NCBI GenBank assembly: GCA_964057225.1
Contig: OZ059894.1
Span: 18,972,001 to 19,036,000 of the forward strand
Length of the DNA: 64,000 nucleotides
Direction: 5' to 3'
Source of the DNA: Auanema rhodensis
Lineage: Eukaryota; Animalia; Nematoda
The first letter of the stretch is position 1, and the number at the start of each line of letters is the position of its first letter. A program made the translations under genes and the position numbers. Of the stretch, positions 1-12,414 are shown one piece after another. The notes beneath the pieces are model-generated. The model was not told where the DNA came from, ran no database searches, and worked only from the letters and a program-made list of their open reading frames with translations.

Positions 1-99
1 TTAGCAAAAAGTAGATGTTTTTTGATTCCTTTTTTCAAGGCAAAGACGATGGACAATGTTATTCAACGAAAAAATTAATTCTTCAGGGTGAAAATCGAG

Positions 100-121
100 G
101 ATATAAGTGTGAACTTATATC
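100..121. other. Inverted repeat A (per monomer): 9-bp stem, 4-nt loop
   Basis: GATATAAGT (100-108) - GTGA - ACTTATATC (113-121) are exact reverse complements. Confidence 0.9.
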
Positions 122-131
122 AGTTGATATC

Positions 132-198
132 TCGGTGCATTTTTAAGCTAGCGCAAATCTGATAACACAGATCGACGCAGCTTAAAAATCCGCATCGA
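132..198. other. Inverted repeat B (per monomer): 67-nt imperfect long hairpin
   Basis: TCGGTGC 132-138 / GCATCGA 192-198 (one G.T pair); ATTTTTAAGCT 139-149 / AGCTTAAAAAT 179-189 (perfect 11 bp); GCG 151-153 / CGC 176-178; ATCTG 157-161 / CAGAT 168-172; loop ATAACA 162-167. Confidence 0.9.
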
Positions 199-272
199 AT
201 GCACTATACTACATTGAGAAACGCTTAATACAAAAATTAGTTATGATCGTTTGAAAAATGATGCATTAGTGT

Positions 273-300
273 ATGTTGAGTTTCCATGTACACTCAACAT
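273..300. other. Inverted repeat C (per monomer): 9-bp stem, 10-nt loop
   Basis: ATGTTGAGT (273-281) - TTCCATGTAC - ACTCAACAT (292-300). Confidence 0.9.
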
Positions 301-313
301 TGCTTCCAAAAAC

Positions 314-348
314 ATTTTGACAAACATTTTTTCGAAAAATTTCAAAAT
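314..348. other. Imperfect A/T palindrome D centred on TTTTTCGAAAAA
   Basis: TTTTTCGAAAAA at 328-339, with outer arms ATTTTGA (314-320) / TCAAAAT (342-348). Confidence 0.75.
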
Positions 349-1671
349 AAATTAGCAAAAAGTAGAAGTTTTTAGATTCCTTTTTTCAAGGCAAAGACGA
401 TGGACAATGTTATTCAACGAAAAAATTAATTCTTCAGGGTGAAAATCGAGGATATAAGTGTGAACTTATATCAGTTGATATCTCGGTGCATTTTTAAGCT
501 AGCGCAAATCTGATAACACAGATCGACGCAGCTTAAAAATCCGCATCGAATGCACTATACTACATTGAGAAACGCTTAATACAAAAATTAGTTATGATCG
601 TTTGAAAAATGATCCATTAGTGTATGTTGAGTTTCCATGTACACTCAACATTGCTTCCAAAAACATTTTGACAAAAATTTTTTCGAAAAATTTCGAAATA
701 ATTTAGCAAAAAGTAGATGTTTTTAGATTCCTTTTTTCAAGGCAAAGACGATGGACAATGTTATTCAACGAAAAAATTAATTCTTCAGGGTGAAAATCGA
801 GGATATAAGTGTGAACATATATATCAGTTGATATCTCGGTGCATTTTTAAGCTAGCGCAAATCTGATAACACAGATCGACGCAGCTTAAAAATCCGCATC
901 GAATGCACTATACTACATTGAGAAACGCTTAATACAAAAATTAGTTATGATCGTTTGAAAAATGATCCATTAGTGTATGTTGAGTTTCCATGTACACTCA
1001 ACATTGCTTCCAAAAACATTTTGACAAAAATTTTTTCGAAAAATTTCGAAATAATTTAGCAAAAAGTAGATGTTTTTAGATTCCTTTTTTCAAGGCAAAG
1101 ACGATGGACAATGTTATTCAACGAAAAAATTAATTCTTCAGGGTGAAAATCGAGGATATAAGTGTGAACATATATATCAGTTGATATCTCGGTGCATTTT
1201 TAAGCTAGCGCAAATCTGATAACACAGATCGACGCAGCTTAAAAATCCGCATCGAATGCACTATACTACAATGAGAAACGCTTAATACAAAAATTATTTA
1301 TGATCGTTTGAAAAATGATGCATTAGTGTATGTTGAGTTTCCATGTACACTCAACATTGCTTCCAAAAACATTTTGACAAAAATTTTTTCGAAAAATTTC
1401 AAAATAATTTAGCAAAAAGTAGATGTTTTTAGATTCCTTTTTTCAAGGCAAAGACGATGGACAATGTTATTCAACGAAAAAATTAATTCTTCAGGGTGAA
1501 AATCGAGGATATAAGTGTGAACTTATATCAGTTGATATCTCGGTGCATTTTTAAGCTAGCGCAAATCTGATAACACAGATCGACGCAGCTTAAAAATCCG
1601 CATCGAATGCACTATACTACATTGAGAAACGCTTAATACAAAAATTAGTTATGATCGTTTGAAAAATGATC

Positions 1672-4600
1672 CATTAGTGTATGTTGAGTTTCCATGTACA
1701 CTCAACATTGCTTCCAAAAACATTTTGACAAAAATTTTTTCGAAAAATTTCAAAATAATTTAGCAAAAAGTAGATGTTTTTAGATTCCTTTTTTCAAGGC
1801 AAAGACGATGGACAATGTTATTCAACGAAAAAATTAATTCTTCAGGGTGAAAATCGAGGATATAAGTGTGAACTTATATCAGTTGATATCTCGGTGCATT
1901 TTTAAGCTAGCGCAAATCTGATAACACAGATCGACGCAGCTTAAAAATCCGCATCGAATGCACTATACTACATTGAGAAACGCTTAATACAAAAATTAGT
2001 TATGATCGTTTGAAAAATGATGCATTAGTGTATGTTGAGTTTCCATGTACACTCAACATTGCTTCCAAAAACATTTTGACAAAAATTTTTTCGAAAAATT
2101 TCAAAATAATTTAGCAAAAAGTAGATGTTTTTAGATTCCATTTTTCAAGGCAAAGACGATGGACAATGTTATTCAACGAAAAAATTAATTCTTCAGGGTA
2201 AAATCGAGGATATAAGTGTGAACTTATATCAGTTGATATCTCGGTGCATTTTTAAGCTAGCGCAAATCTGATAACACAGATCGACGCAGCTTAAAAATCC
2301 GCATCGAATGCACTATACTACATTGAGAAACGCTTAATACAAAAATTAGTTATGATCGTTTGAAAAATGATGCATTAGTGTATGTTGAGTTTCCATGTAC
2401 ACTCAACATTGCTTCCAAAAACATTTTGACAAAAATTTTTTCGAAAAATTTCAAAATAATTTAGCAAAAAGTAGATGTTTTTAGATTCCTTTTTTCAAGG
2501 CAAAGACGATGGACAACGTTATTCAACGAAAAAATTAATTCTTCAGGGTGAAAATCGAGGATATAAGTGTGAACTTATATCAGTTGCTATCTCGGTGCAT
2601 TTTTAAGCTAGCGCAAATCTGATAACACAGATCGACGCAGCTTAAAAATCCGCATCGAATGCACTATACTACATTGAGAAACGCTTAATACAAAAATTAG
2701 TTATGATCGTTTGAAAAATGATGCATTAGTGTATGTTGAGTTTCCATGTACACTCAACATTGCTTCCAAAAACATTTTGACAAAAATTTTTTCGAAAAAT
2801 TTCAAAATAATTTAGCAAAAAGTAGATGTTTTTAGATTCCTTTTTTCAAGGCAAAGACGATGGACAACGTTATTCAACGAAAAAATTAATTCTTCAGGGT
2901 GAAAATCGAGGATATAAGTGTGAACTTATATCAGTTGCTATCTCGGTGCATTTTTAAGCTAGCGCAAATCTGATAACACAGATCGACGCAGCTTAAAAAT
3001 CCGCATCGAATGCACTATACTACATTGAGAAACGCTTAATACAAAAATTAGTTATGATCGTTTGAAAAATGATGCATTAGTGTATGTTGAGTTTCCATGT
3101 ACACTCAACATTGCTTCCAAAAACATTTTGACAAAAATTTTTTCGAAAAATTTCAAAATAAATTAGCAAAAAATAGATGTTTTTAGATTCCTTTTTTCAA
3201 GGCAAAGACGATGGACAATGTTATTCAACGAAAAAATTAATTCTTCAGGGTGAAAATCGAGGATATAAGTGTGAACTTATATCAGTTGATATCTCGGTGC
3301 ATTTTTAAGCTAGCGCAAATCTGATAACACAGATCGACGCAGCTTAAAAATCCGCATCGAATGCACTATACTACATTGAGAAACGCTTAATACAAAAATT
3401 AGTTATGATCGTTTGAAAAATGATGCATTAGTGTATGTTGAGTTTCCATGTACACTCAACATTGCTTCCAAAAACATTTTGACAAAAATTTTTTCGAAAA
3501 ATTTCAAAATAATTTAGCAAAAAGTAGATGTTTTTAGATTCCTTTTTTCAAGGCAAAGACGATGGACAATGTTATTCAACGAAAAAATTAATTCTTCAGG
3601 GTGAAAATCGAGGATATAAGTGTGAACTTATATCAGTTGATATCTCGGTGCATTTTTAAGCTAGCGCAAATCTGATAACACAGATCGACGCAGCTTAAAA
3701 ATCCGCATCGAATGCACTATACTACATTGAGAAACGCTTAATACAAAAATTAGTTATGATCGTTTGAAAAATGATGCATTAGTGTATGTTGAGTTTCCAT
3801 GTACACTCAACATTGCTTCCAAAAACATTTTGACAAAAATTTTTTCGAAAAATTTCAAAATAATTTAGCAAAAAGTAGATGTTTTTAGATTCCTTTTTTC
3901 AAGGCAAAGACGATGGACAACGTTATTCAACGAAAAAATTAATTCTTCAGGGTGAAAATCGAGGATATAAGTGTGAACTTATATCAGTTGCTATCTCGGT
4001 GCATTTTTAAGCTAGCGCAAATCTGATAACACAGATCGACGCAGCTTAAAAATCCGCATCGAATGCACTATACTACATTGAGAAACGCTTAATACAAAAA
4101 TTAGTTATGATCGTTTGAAAAATGATGCATTAGTGTATGTTGAGTTTCCATGTACACTCAACATTGCTTCCAAAAACATTTTGACAAAAATTTTTTCGAA
4201 AAATTTCAAAATAAATTAGCAAAAAATAGATGTTTTTAGATTCCTTTTTTCAAGGCAAAGACGATGGACAATGTTATTCAACGAAAAAATTAATTCTTCA
4301 GGGTGAAAATCGAGGATATAAGTGTGAACTTATATCAGTTGATATCTCGGTGCATTTTTAAGCTAGCGCAAATCTGATAACACAGATCGACGCAGCTTAA
4401 AAATCCGCATCGAATGCACTATACTACATTGAGAAACGCTTAATACAAAAATTAGTTATGATCGTTTGAAAAATGATGCATTAGTGTATGTTGAGTTTCC
4501 ATGTACACTCAACATTGCTTCCAAAAACATTTTGACAAAAATTTTTTCGAAAAATTTCAAAATAATTTAGCAAAAAGTAGATGTTTTTAGATTCCTTTTT

Positions 4601-6933
4601 TCAAGGCAAAGACGATGGACAATGTTATTCAACGAAAAAATTAATTCTTCAGGGTGAAAATCGAGGATATAAGTGTGAACTTATATCAGTTGATATCTCG
4701 GTGCATTTTTAAGCTAGCGCAAATCTGATAACACAGATCGACGCAGCTTAAAAATCCGCATCGAATGCACTATACTACATTGAGAAACGCTTAATACAAA
4801 AATTAGTTATGATCGTTTGAAAAATGATCCATTAGTGTATGTTGAGTTTCCATGTACACTCAACATTGCTTCCAAAAACATTTTGACAAAAATTTTTTCG
4901 AAAAATTTCAAAATAATTTAGCAAAAAGTAGATGTTTTTAGATTCCTTTTTTCAAGGCAAAGACGATGGACAATGTTATTCAACGAAAAAATTAATTCTT
5001 CAGGGTGAAAATCGAGGATATAAGTGTGAACTTATATCAGTTGATATCTCGGTGCATTTTTAAGCTAGCGCAAATCTGATAACACAGATCGACGCAGCTT
5101 AAAAATCCGCATCGAATGCACTATACTACATTGAGAAACGCTTAATACAAAAATTAGTTATGATCGTTTGAAAAATGATGCATTAGTGTATGTTGAGTTT
5201 CCATGTACACTCAACATTGCTTCCAAAAACATTTTGACAAAAATTTTTTCGAAAAATTTCAAAATAATTTAGCAAAAAGTAGATGTTTTTAGATTCCTTT
5301 TTTCAAGGCAAAGACGATGGACAATGTTATTCAACGAAAAAATTAATTCTTCAGGGTGAAAATCGAGGATATAAGTGTGAACTTATATCAGTTGATATCT
5401 CGGTGCATTTTTAAGCTAGCGCAAATCTGATAACACAGATCGACGCAGCTTAAAAATCCGCATCGAATGCACTATACTACATTGAGAAACGCTTAATACA
5501 AAAATTAGTTATGATCGTTTGAAAAATGATGCATTAGTGTATGTTGAGTTTCCATGTACACTCAACATTGCTTCCAAAAACATTTTGACAAAAATTTTTT
5601 CGAAAAATTTCAAAATAATTTAGCAAAAAGTAGATGTTTTTAGATTCCATTTTTCAAGGCAAAGACGATGGACAATGTTATTCAACGAAAAAATTAATTC
5701 TTCAGGGTAAAATCGAGGATATAAGTGTGAACTTATATCAGTTGATATCTCGGTGCATTTTTAAGCTAGCGCAAATCTGATAAAACAGATCGACGCAGCT
5801 TAAAAATCCGCATCGAATGCACTATACTACATTGAGAAACGCTTAATACAAAAATTAGTTATGATCGTTTGAAAAATGATGCATTAGTGTATGTTGAGTT
5901 TCCATGTACACTCAACATTGCTTCCAAAAACATTTTGACAAAAATTTTTTCGAAAAATTTCAAAATAATTTAGCAAAAAGTAGATGTTTTTAGATTCCTT
6001 TTTTCAAGGCAAAGACGATGGACAACGTTAATCAACGAAAAAATTAATTCTTCAGGGTGAAAATCGAGGATATAAGTGTGAACTTATATCAGTTGCTATC
6101 TCGGTGCATTTTTAAGCTAGCGCAAATCTGATAACACAGATCGACGCAGCTTAAAAATCCGCATCGAATGCACTATACTACATTGAGAAACGCTTAATAC
6201 AAAAATTAGTTATGATCGTTTGAAAAATGATGCATTAGTGTATGTTGAGTTTCCATGTACACTCAACATTGCTTCCAAAAACATTTTGACAAAAATTTTT
6301 TCGAAAAATTTCAAAATAATTTAGCAAAAAGTAGATGTTTTTAGATTCCTTTTTTCAAGGCAAAGACGATGGACAACGTTATTCAACGAAAAAATTAATT
6401 CTTCAGGGTGAAAATCGAGGATATAAGTGTGAACTTATATCAGTTGCTATCTCGGTGCATTTTTAAGCTAGCGCAAATCTGATAACACAGATCGACGCAG
6501 CTTAAAAATCCGCATCGAATGCACTATACTACATTGAGAAACGCTTAATACAAAAATTAGTTATGATCGTTTGAAAAATGATGCATTAGTGTATGTTGAG
6601 TTTCCATGTACACTCAACATTGCTTCCAAAAACATTTTGACAAAAATTTTTTCGAAAAATTTCAAAATAAATTAGCAAAAAATAGATGTTTTTAGATTCC
6701 TTTTTTCAAGGCAAAGACGATGGACAATGTTATTCAACGAAAAAATTAATTCTTCAGGGTGAAAATCGAGGATATAAGTGTGAACTTATATCAGTTGATA
6801 TCTCGGTGCATTTTTAAGCTAGCGCAAATCTGATAACACAGATCGACGCAGCTTAAAAATCCGCATCGAATGCACTATACTACATTGAGAAACGCTTAAT
6901 ACAAAAATTAGTTATGATCGTTTGAAAAATGAT
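1672..6933. repeat. Duplicated ~5-monomer block at 3509-bp (10-monomer) offset: ~1672-3424 and ~5181-6933
   Basis: Shared rare variants in the same order: gattccA 2140/5649, G deletion in cagggtaaaa ~2199/~5708, ggacaaC 2517/6026, and gttgCtat in two consecutive monomers. Confidence 0.8.
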
Positions 6934-9900
6934 CCATTAGTGTATGTTGAGTTTCCATGTACACTCAACATTGCTTCCAAAAACATTTTGACAAAAATTT
7001 TTTCGAAAAATTTCAAAATAATTTAGCAAAAAGTAGATGTTTTTAGATTCCTTTTTTCAAGGCAAAGACGATGGACAATGTTATTCAACGAAAAAATTAA
7101 TTCTTCAGGGTGAAAATCGAGGATATAAGTGTGAACTTATATCAGTTGATATCTCGGTGCATTTTTAAGCTAGCGCAAATCTGATAACACAGATCGACGC
7201 AGCTTAAAAATCCGCATCGAATGCACTATACTACATTGAGAAACGCTTAATACAAAAATTAGTTATGATCGTTTGAAAAATGATGCATTAGTGTATGTTG
7301 AGTTTCCATGTACACTCAACATTGCTTCCAAAAACATTTTGACAAAAATTTTTTCGAAAAATTTCAAAATAATTTAGCAAAAAGTAGATGTTTTTAGATT
7401 CCTTTTTTCAAGGCAAAGACGATGAACAATGTTATTCAACGAAAAAATTAATTCTTCAGGGTGAAAATCGAGGATATAAGTGTGAACTTATATCAGTTGC
7501 TATCTCGGTGCATTTTTAAGCTAGCGCAAATCTGATAACACAGATCGACGCAGCTTAAAAATCCGCATCGAATGCACTATACTACATTGAGAAACGCTTA
7601 ATACAAAAATTAGTTATGATCGTTTGAAAAATGATGCATTAGTGTATGTTGAGTTTCCATGTACACTCAACATTGCTTCCAAAAACATTTTGACAAAAAT
7701 TTTTTCGAAAAATTTCAAAATAAATTAGCAAAAAATAGATGTTTTTGGATTCCTTTTTTCAAGGCAAAGACGATGGACAATGTTATTCAACGAAAAAATT
7801 AATTCTTCAGGGTGAAAATCGAGGATATAAGTGTGAACTTATATCAGTTGATATCTCGGTGCATTTTTAAGCTAGCGCAAATCTGATAACACAGATCGAC
7901 GCAGCTTAAAAATCCGCATCGAATGCACTATACTACATTGAGAAACGCTTAATACAAAAATTAGTTATGATCGTTTGAAAAATGATGCATTAGTGTATGT
8001 TGAGTTTCCATGTACACTCAACATTGCTTCCAAAAACATTTTGACAAAAATTTTTTCGAAAAATTTCAAAATAAATTAGCAAAAAATAGATGTTTTTGGA
8101 TTCCTTTTTTCAAGGCAAAGACGATGGACAATGTTATTCAACGAAAAAATTAATTCTTCAGGGTGAAAATCGAGGATATAAGTGTGAACTTATATCAGTT
8201 GATATCTCGGTGCATTTTTAAGCTAGCGCAAATCTGATAACACAGATCGACGCAGCTTAAAAATCCGCATCGAATGCACTATACTACATTGAGAAACGCT
8301 TAATACAAAAATTAGTTATGATCGTTTGAAAAATGATCCATTAGTGTATGTTGAGTTTCCATGTACACTCAACATTGCTTCCAAAAACATTTTGACAAAA
8401 CTTTTTTCGAAAAATTTCAAGATAATTTAGCAAAAAGTAGATGTTTTTAGATTCCTTTTTTCAAGGCAAAGACGATGGACAATGTTATTCAACGAAAAAA
8501 TTAATTCTTCAGGGTGAAAATCGAGGATATAAGTGTGAACTTATATCAGTTGATATCTCGGTGCATTTTTAAGCTAGCGCAAATCTGATAACACAGATCG
8601 ACGCAGCTTAAGAATCCGCATCGAATGCACTATACTACATTGAGAAACGCTTAATACAAAAATTAGTTATGATCGTTTGAAAAATGATCCATTAGTGTAT
8701 GTTGAGTTTCCATGTACACTCAACATTGCTTCCAAAAACATTTTGACAAAACTTTTTTCGAAAAATTTCAAAATAATTTAGCAAAAAGTAGATGTTTTTA
8801 GATTCCTTTTTTCAAGGCAAAGACGATGGACAATGTTATTCAACGAAAAAATTAATTCTTCAGGGTGAAAATCGAGGATATAAGTGTGAACTTATATCAG
8901 TTGATATCTCGGTGCATTTTTAAGCTAGCGCAAATCTGATAACACAGATCGACGCAGCTTAAAAATCCGCATCGAATGCACTATACTACATTGAGAAACG
9001 CTTAACACAAAAATTAGTTATGATCGTTTGAAAAATGATGCATTAGTGTATGTTGAGTTTCCATGTACACTCAACATTGCTTCCAAAAACATTTTGACAA
9101 AAATTTTTTCGAAAAATTTCAAAATAAATTAGCAAAAAATAGATGTTTTTAGATTCCTTTTTTCAAGGCAAAGACGATGGACAATGTTATTCAACGAAAA
9201 AATTAATTCTTCAGGGTGAAAATCGAGGATATAAGTGTGAACTTATATCAGTTGATATCTCGGTGCATTTTTAAGCTAGCGCAAATCTGATAACACAGAT
9301 CGACGCAGCTTAAAAATCCGCATTGAATGCACTATACTACATTGAGAAACGCTTAATACAAAAATTAGTTATGATCGTTTGAAAAATGATCCATTAGTGT
9401 ATGTTGAGTTTCCATGTACACTCAACATTGCTTCCAAAAACATTTTGACAAAACTTTTTTCGAAAAATTTCAAGATAATTTAGCAAAAAGTAGATGTTTT
9501 TAGATTCCTTTTTTCAAGGCAAAGACGATGGACAATGTTATTCAACGAAAAAATTAATTCTTCAGGGTGAAAATCGAGGATATAAGTGTGAACTTATATC
9601 AGTTGATATCTCGGTGCATTTTTAAGCTAGCGCAAATCTGATAACACAGATCGACGCAGCTTAAGAATCCGCATCGAATGCACTATACTACATTGAGAAA
9701 CGCTTAATACAAAAATTAGTTATGATCGTTTGAAAAATGATGCATTAGTGTATGTTGAGTTTCCATGTACACTCAACATTGCTTCCAAAAACATTTTGAC
9801 AAAAATTTTTTCGAAAAATTTCAAAATAAATTAGCAAAAAATAGATGTTTTTAGATTCCTTTTTTCAAGGCAAAGACGATGGACAATGTTATTCAACGAA

Positions 9901-12414
9901 AAAATTAATTCTTCAGGGTGAAAATCGAGGATATAAGTGTGAACTTATATCAGTTGATATCTCGGTGCATTTTTAAGCTAGCGCAAATCTGATAACACAG
10001 ATCGACGCAGCTTAAAAATCCGCATCGAATGCACTATACTACATTGAGAAACGCTTAATACAAAAATTAGTTATGATCGTTTGAAAAATGATGCATTAGT
10101 GTATGTTGAGTTTCCATGTACACTCAACATTGCTTCCAAAAACATTTTGACAAAAATTTTTTCGAAAAATTTCAAAATAAATTAGCAAAAAATAGATGTT
10201 TTTAGATTCCTTTTTTCAAGGCGAAGACGATGGACAATGTTATTCAACGAAAAAATTAATTCTTCAGGGTGAAAATCGAGGATATAAGTGTGAACTTATA
10301 TCAGTTGATATCTCGGTGCATTTTTAAGCTAGCGCAAATCTGATAACACAGATCGACGCAGCTTAAGAATCCGCATCGAATGCACTATACTACATTGAGA
10401 AACGCTTAATACAAAAATTAGTTATGATCGTTTGAAAAATGATCCATTAGTGTATGTTGAGTTTCCATGTACACTCAACATTGCTTCCAAAAACATTTTG
10501 ACAAAACTTTTTTCGAAAAATTTCAAAATAATTTAGCAAAAAGTAGATGTTTTTAGATTCCTTTTTCCAAGGCAAAGACGATGGACAATGTTATTCAACG
10601 AAAAAATTAATTCTTCAGGGTGAAAATCGAGGATATAAGTGTGAACTTATATCAGTTGATATCTCGGTGCATTTTTAAGCTAGCGCAAATCTGATAACAC
10701 AGATCGACGCAGCTTAAAAATCCGCATCGAATGCACTATACTACATTGAGAAACGCTTAATACAAAAATTAGTTATGATCGTTTGAAAAATGATGCATTA
10801 GTGTATGTTGAGTTTCCATGTACACTCAACATTGCTTCCAAAAACATTTTGACAAAAATTTTTTCGAAAAATTTCAAAATAAATTAGCAAAAAATAGATG
10901 TTTTTAGATTCCTTTTTTCAAGGCAAAGACGATGGACAATGTTATTCAACGAAAAAATTAATTCTTCAGGGTGAAAATCGAGGATATAAGTGTGAACTTA
11001 TATCAGTTGATATCTCGGTGCATTTTTAAGCTAGCGCAAATCTGATAACACAGATCGACGCAGCTTAAGAATCCGCATCGAATGCACTATACTACATTGA
11101 GAAACGCTTAATACAAAAATTAGTTATGATCGTTTGAAAAATGATGCATTAGTGTATGTTGAGTTTCCATGTACACTCAACATTGCTTCCAAAAACATTT
11201 TGACAAAACTTTTTTCGAAAAATTTCAAAATAATTTAGCAAAAAGTAGATGTTTTTAGATTCCTTTTTTCAAGGCAAAGACGATGGACAATGTTATTCAA
11301 CGAAAAAATTAATTCTTCAGGGTGAAAATCGAGGATATAAGTGTGAACTTATATCAGTTGATATCTCGGTGCATTTTTAAGCTAGCGCAAATCTGATAAC
11401 ACAGATCGACGCAGCTTAAAAATCCGCATCGAATGCACTATACTACATTGAGAAACGCTTAATACAAAAATTAGTTATGATCGTTTGAAAAATGATGCAT
11501 TAGTGTATGTTGAGTTTCCATGTACACTCAACATTGCTTCCAAAAACATTTTGACAAAAATTTTTTCGAAAAATTTCAAAATAAATTAGCAAAAAACAGA
11601 TGTTTTTGGATTCCTTTTTTCAAGGCAAAGACGATGGACAATGTTATTCAACGAAAAAATTAATTCTTCAGGGTGAAAATCGAGGATATAAGTGTGAACT
11701 TATATCAGTTGATATCTCGGTGCATTTTTAAGCTAGCGCAAATCTGATAACACAGATCGACGCAGCTTAAAAATCCGCATTGAATGCACTATACTACATT
11801 GAGAAACGCTTAATACAAAAATTAGTTATGATCGTTTGAAAAATGATGCATTAGTGTATGTTGAGTTTCCATGTACACTCAACATTGCTTCCAAAAACAT
11901 TTTGACAAAAATTTTTTCGAAAAATTTCAAAATAAATTAGCAAAAAATAGATGTTTTTAGATTCCTTTTTTCAAGGCAAAGACGATGGACAATGTTATTC
12001 AACGAAAAAATTAATTCTTCAGGGTGAAAATCGAGGATATAAGTGTGAACTTATATCAGTTGATATCTCGGTGCATTTTTAAGCTAGCGCAAATCTGATA
12101 ACACAGATCGACGCAGCTTAAAAATCCGCATCGAATGCACTATACTACATTGAGAAACGCTTAATACAAAAATTAGTTATGATCGTTTGAAAAATGATGC
12201 ATTAGTGTATGTTGAGTTTCCATGTACACTCAACATTGCTTCCAAAAACATTTTGACAAAAATTTTTTCAAAAAATTTCAAAATAAATTAGCAAAAAATA
12301 GATGTTTTCAGATTCCTTTTTTCAAGGCGAAGACGATGGACAATGTTATTCAACGAAAAAATTAATTCTTCAGGGTGAAAATCGAGGATATAAGTGTGAA
12401 CTTATATCAGTTGA

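Larger units (their letters stand above)
1..351 (+). repeat. Representative 351-bp satellite monomer (phase arbitrary)
   Basis: Near-identical to all downstream copies. The consensus has 53 C + 57 G of 351 bases (about 31% GC), 12 CpG and many A4-6/T4-6 tracts. Confidence 0.98.

Noticed and set aside
100-151. Helitron 3' end (hairpin plus CTAG) or MITE termini
   Set aside because: The hairpin is AT-rich and about 27 bp from CTAG, and no element ends or target-site duplications are visible in the window.
30-165. Hammerhead ribozyme / retrozyme-type satellite
   Set aside because: CTGAAGA occurs on the minus strand (80-86) and CTGATAA on the plus strand (159-165), but I could not build stem II, GAAA, stem III and the NUH site around either. 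An Infernal/RNAMotif search would settle it.
125-178. Pol III internal promoter / tRNA-derived SINE
   Set aside because: GATCGACGC (170-178) fits a loose B box, but the A-box candidates are poor or mis-spaced, a T5 run at 140-144 would terminate Pol III, and there is no cloverleaf.
328-346. CENP-B box
   Set aside because: TTCG....A is present but the required CGGG is absent.
1-351. Assignment to a named ~350-360-bp insect satellite family
   Set aside because: Only length and AT content are similar. I cannot verify sequence homology without a search.
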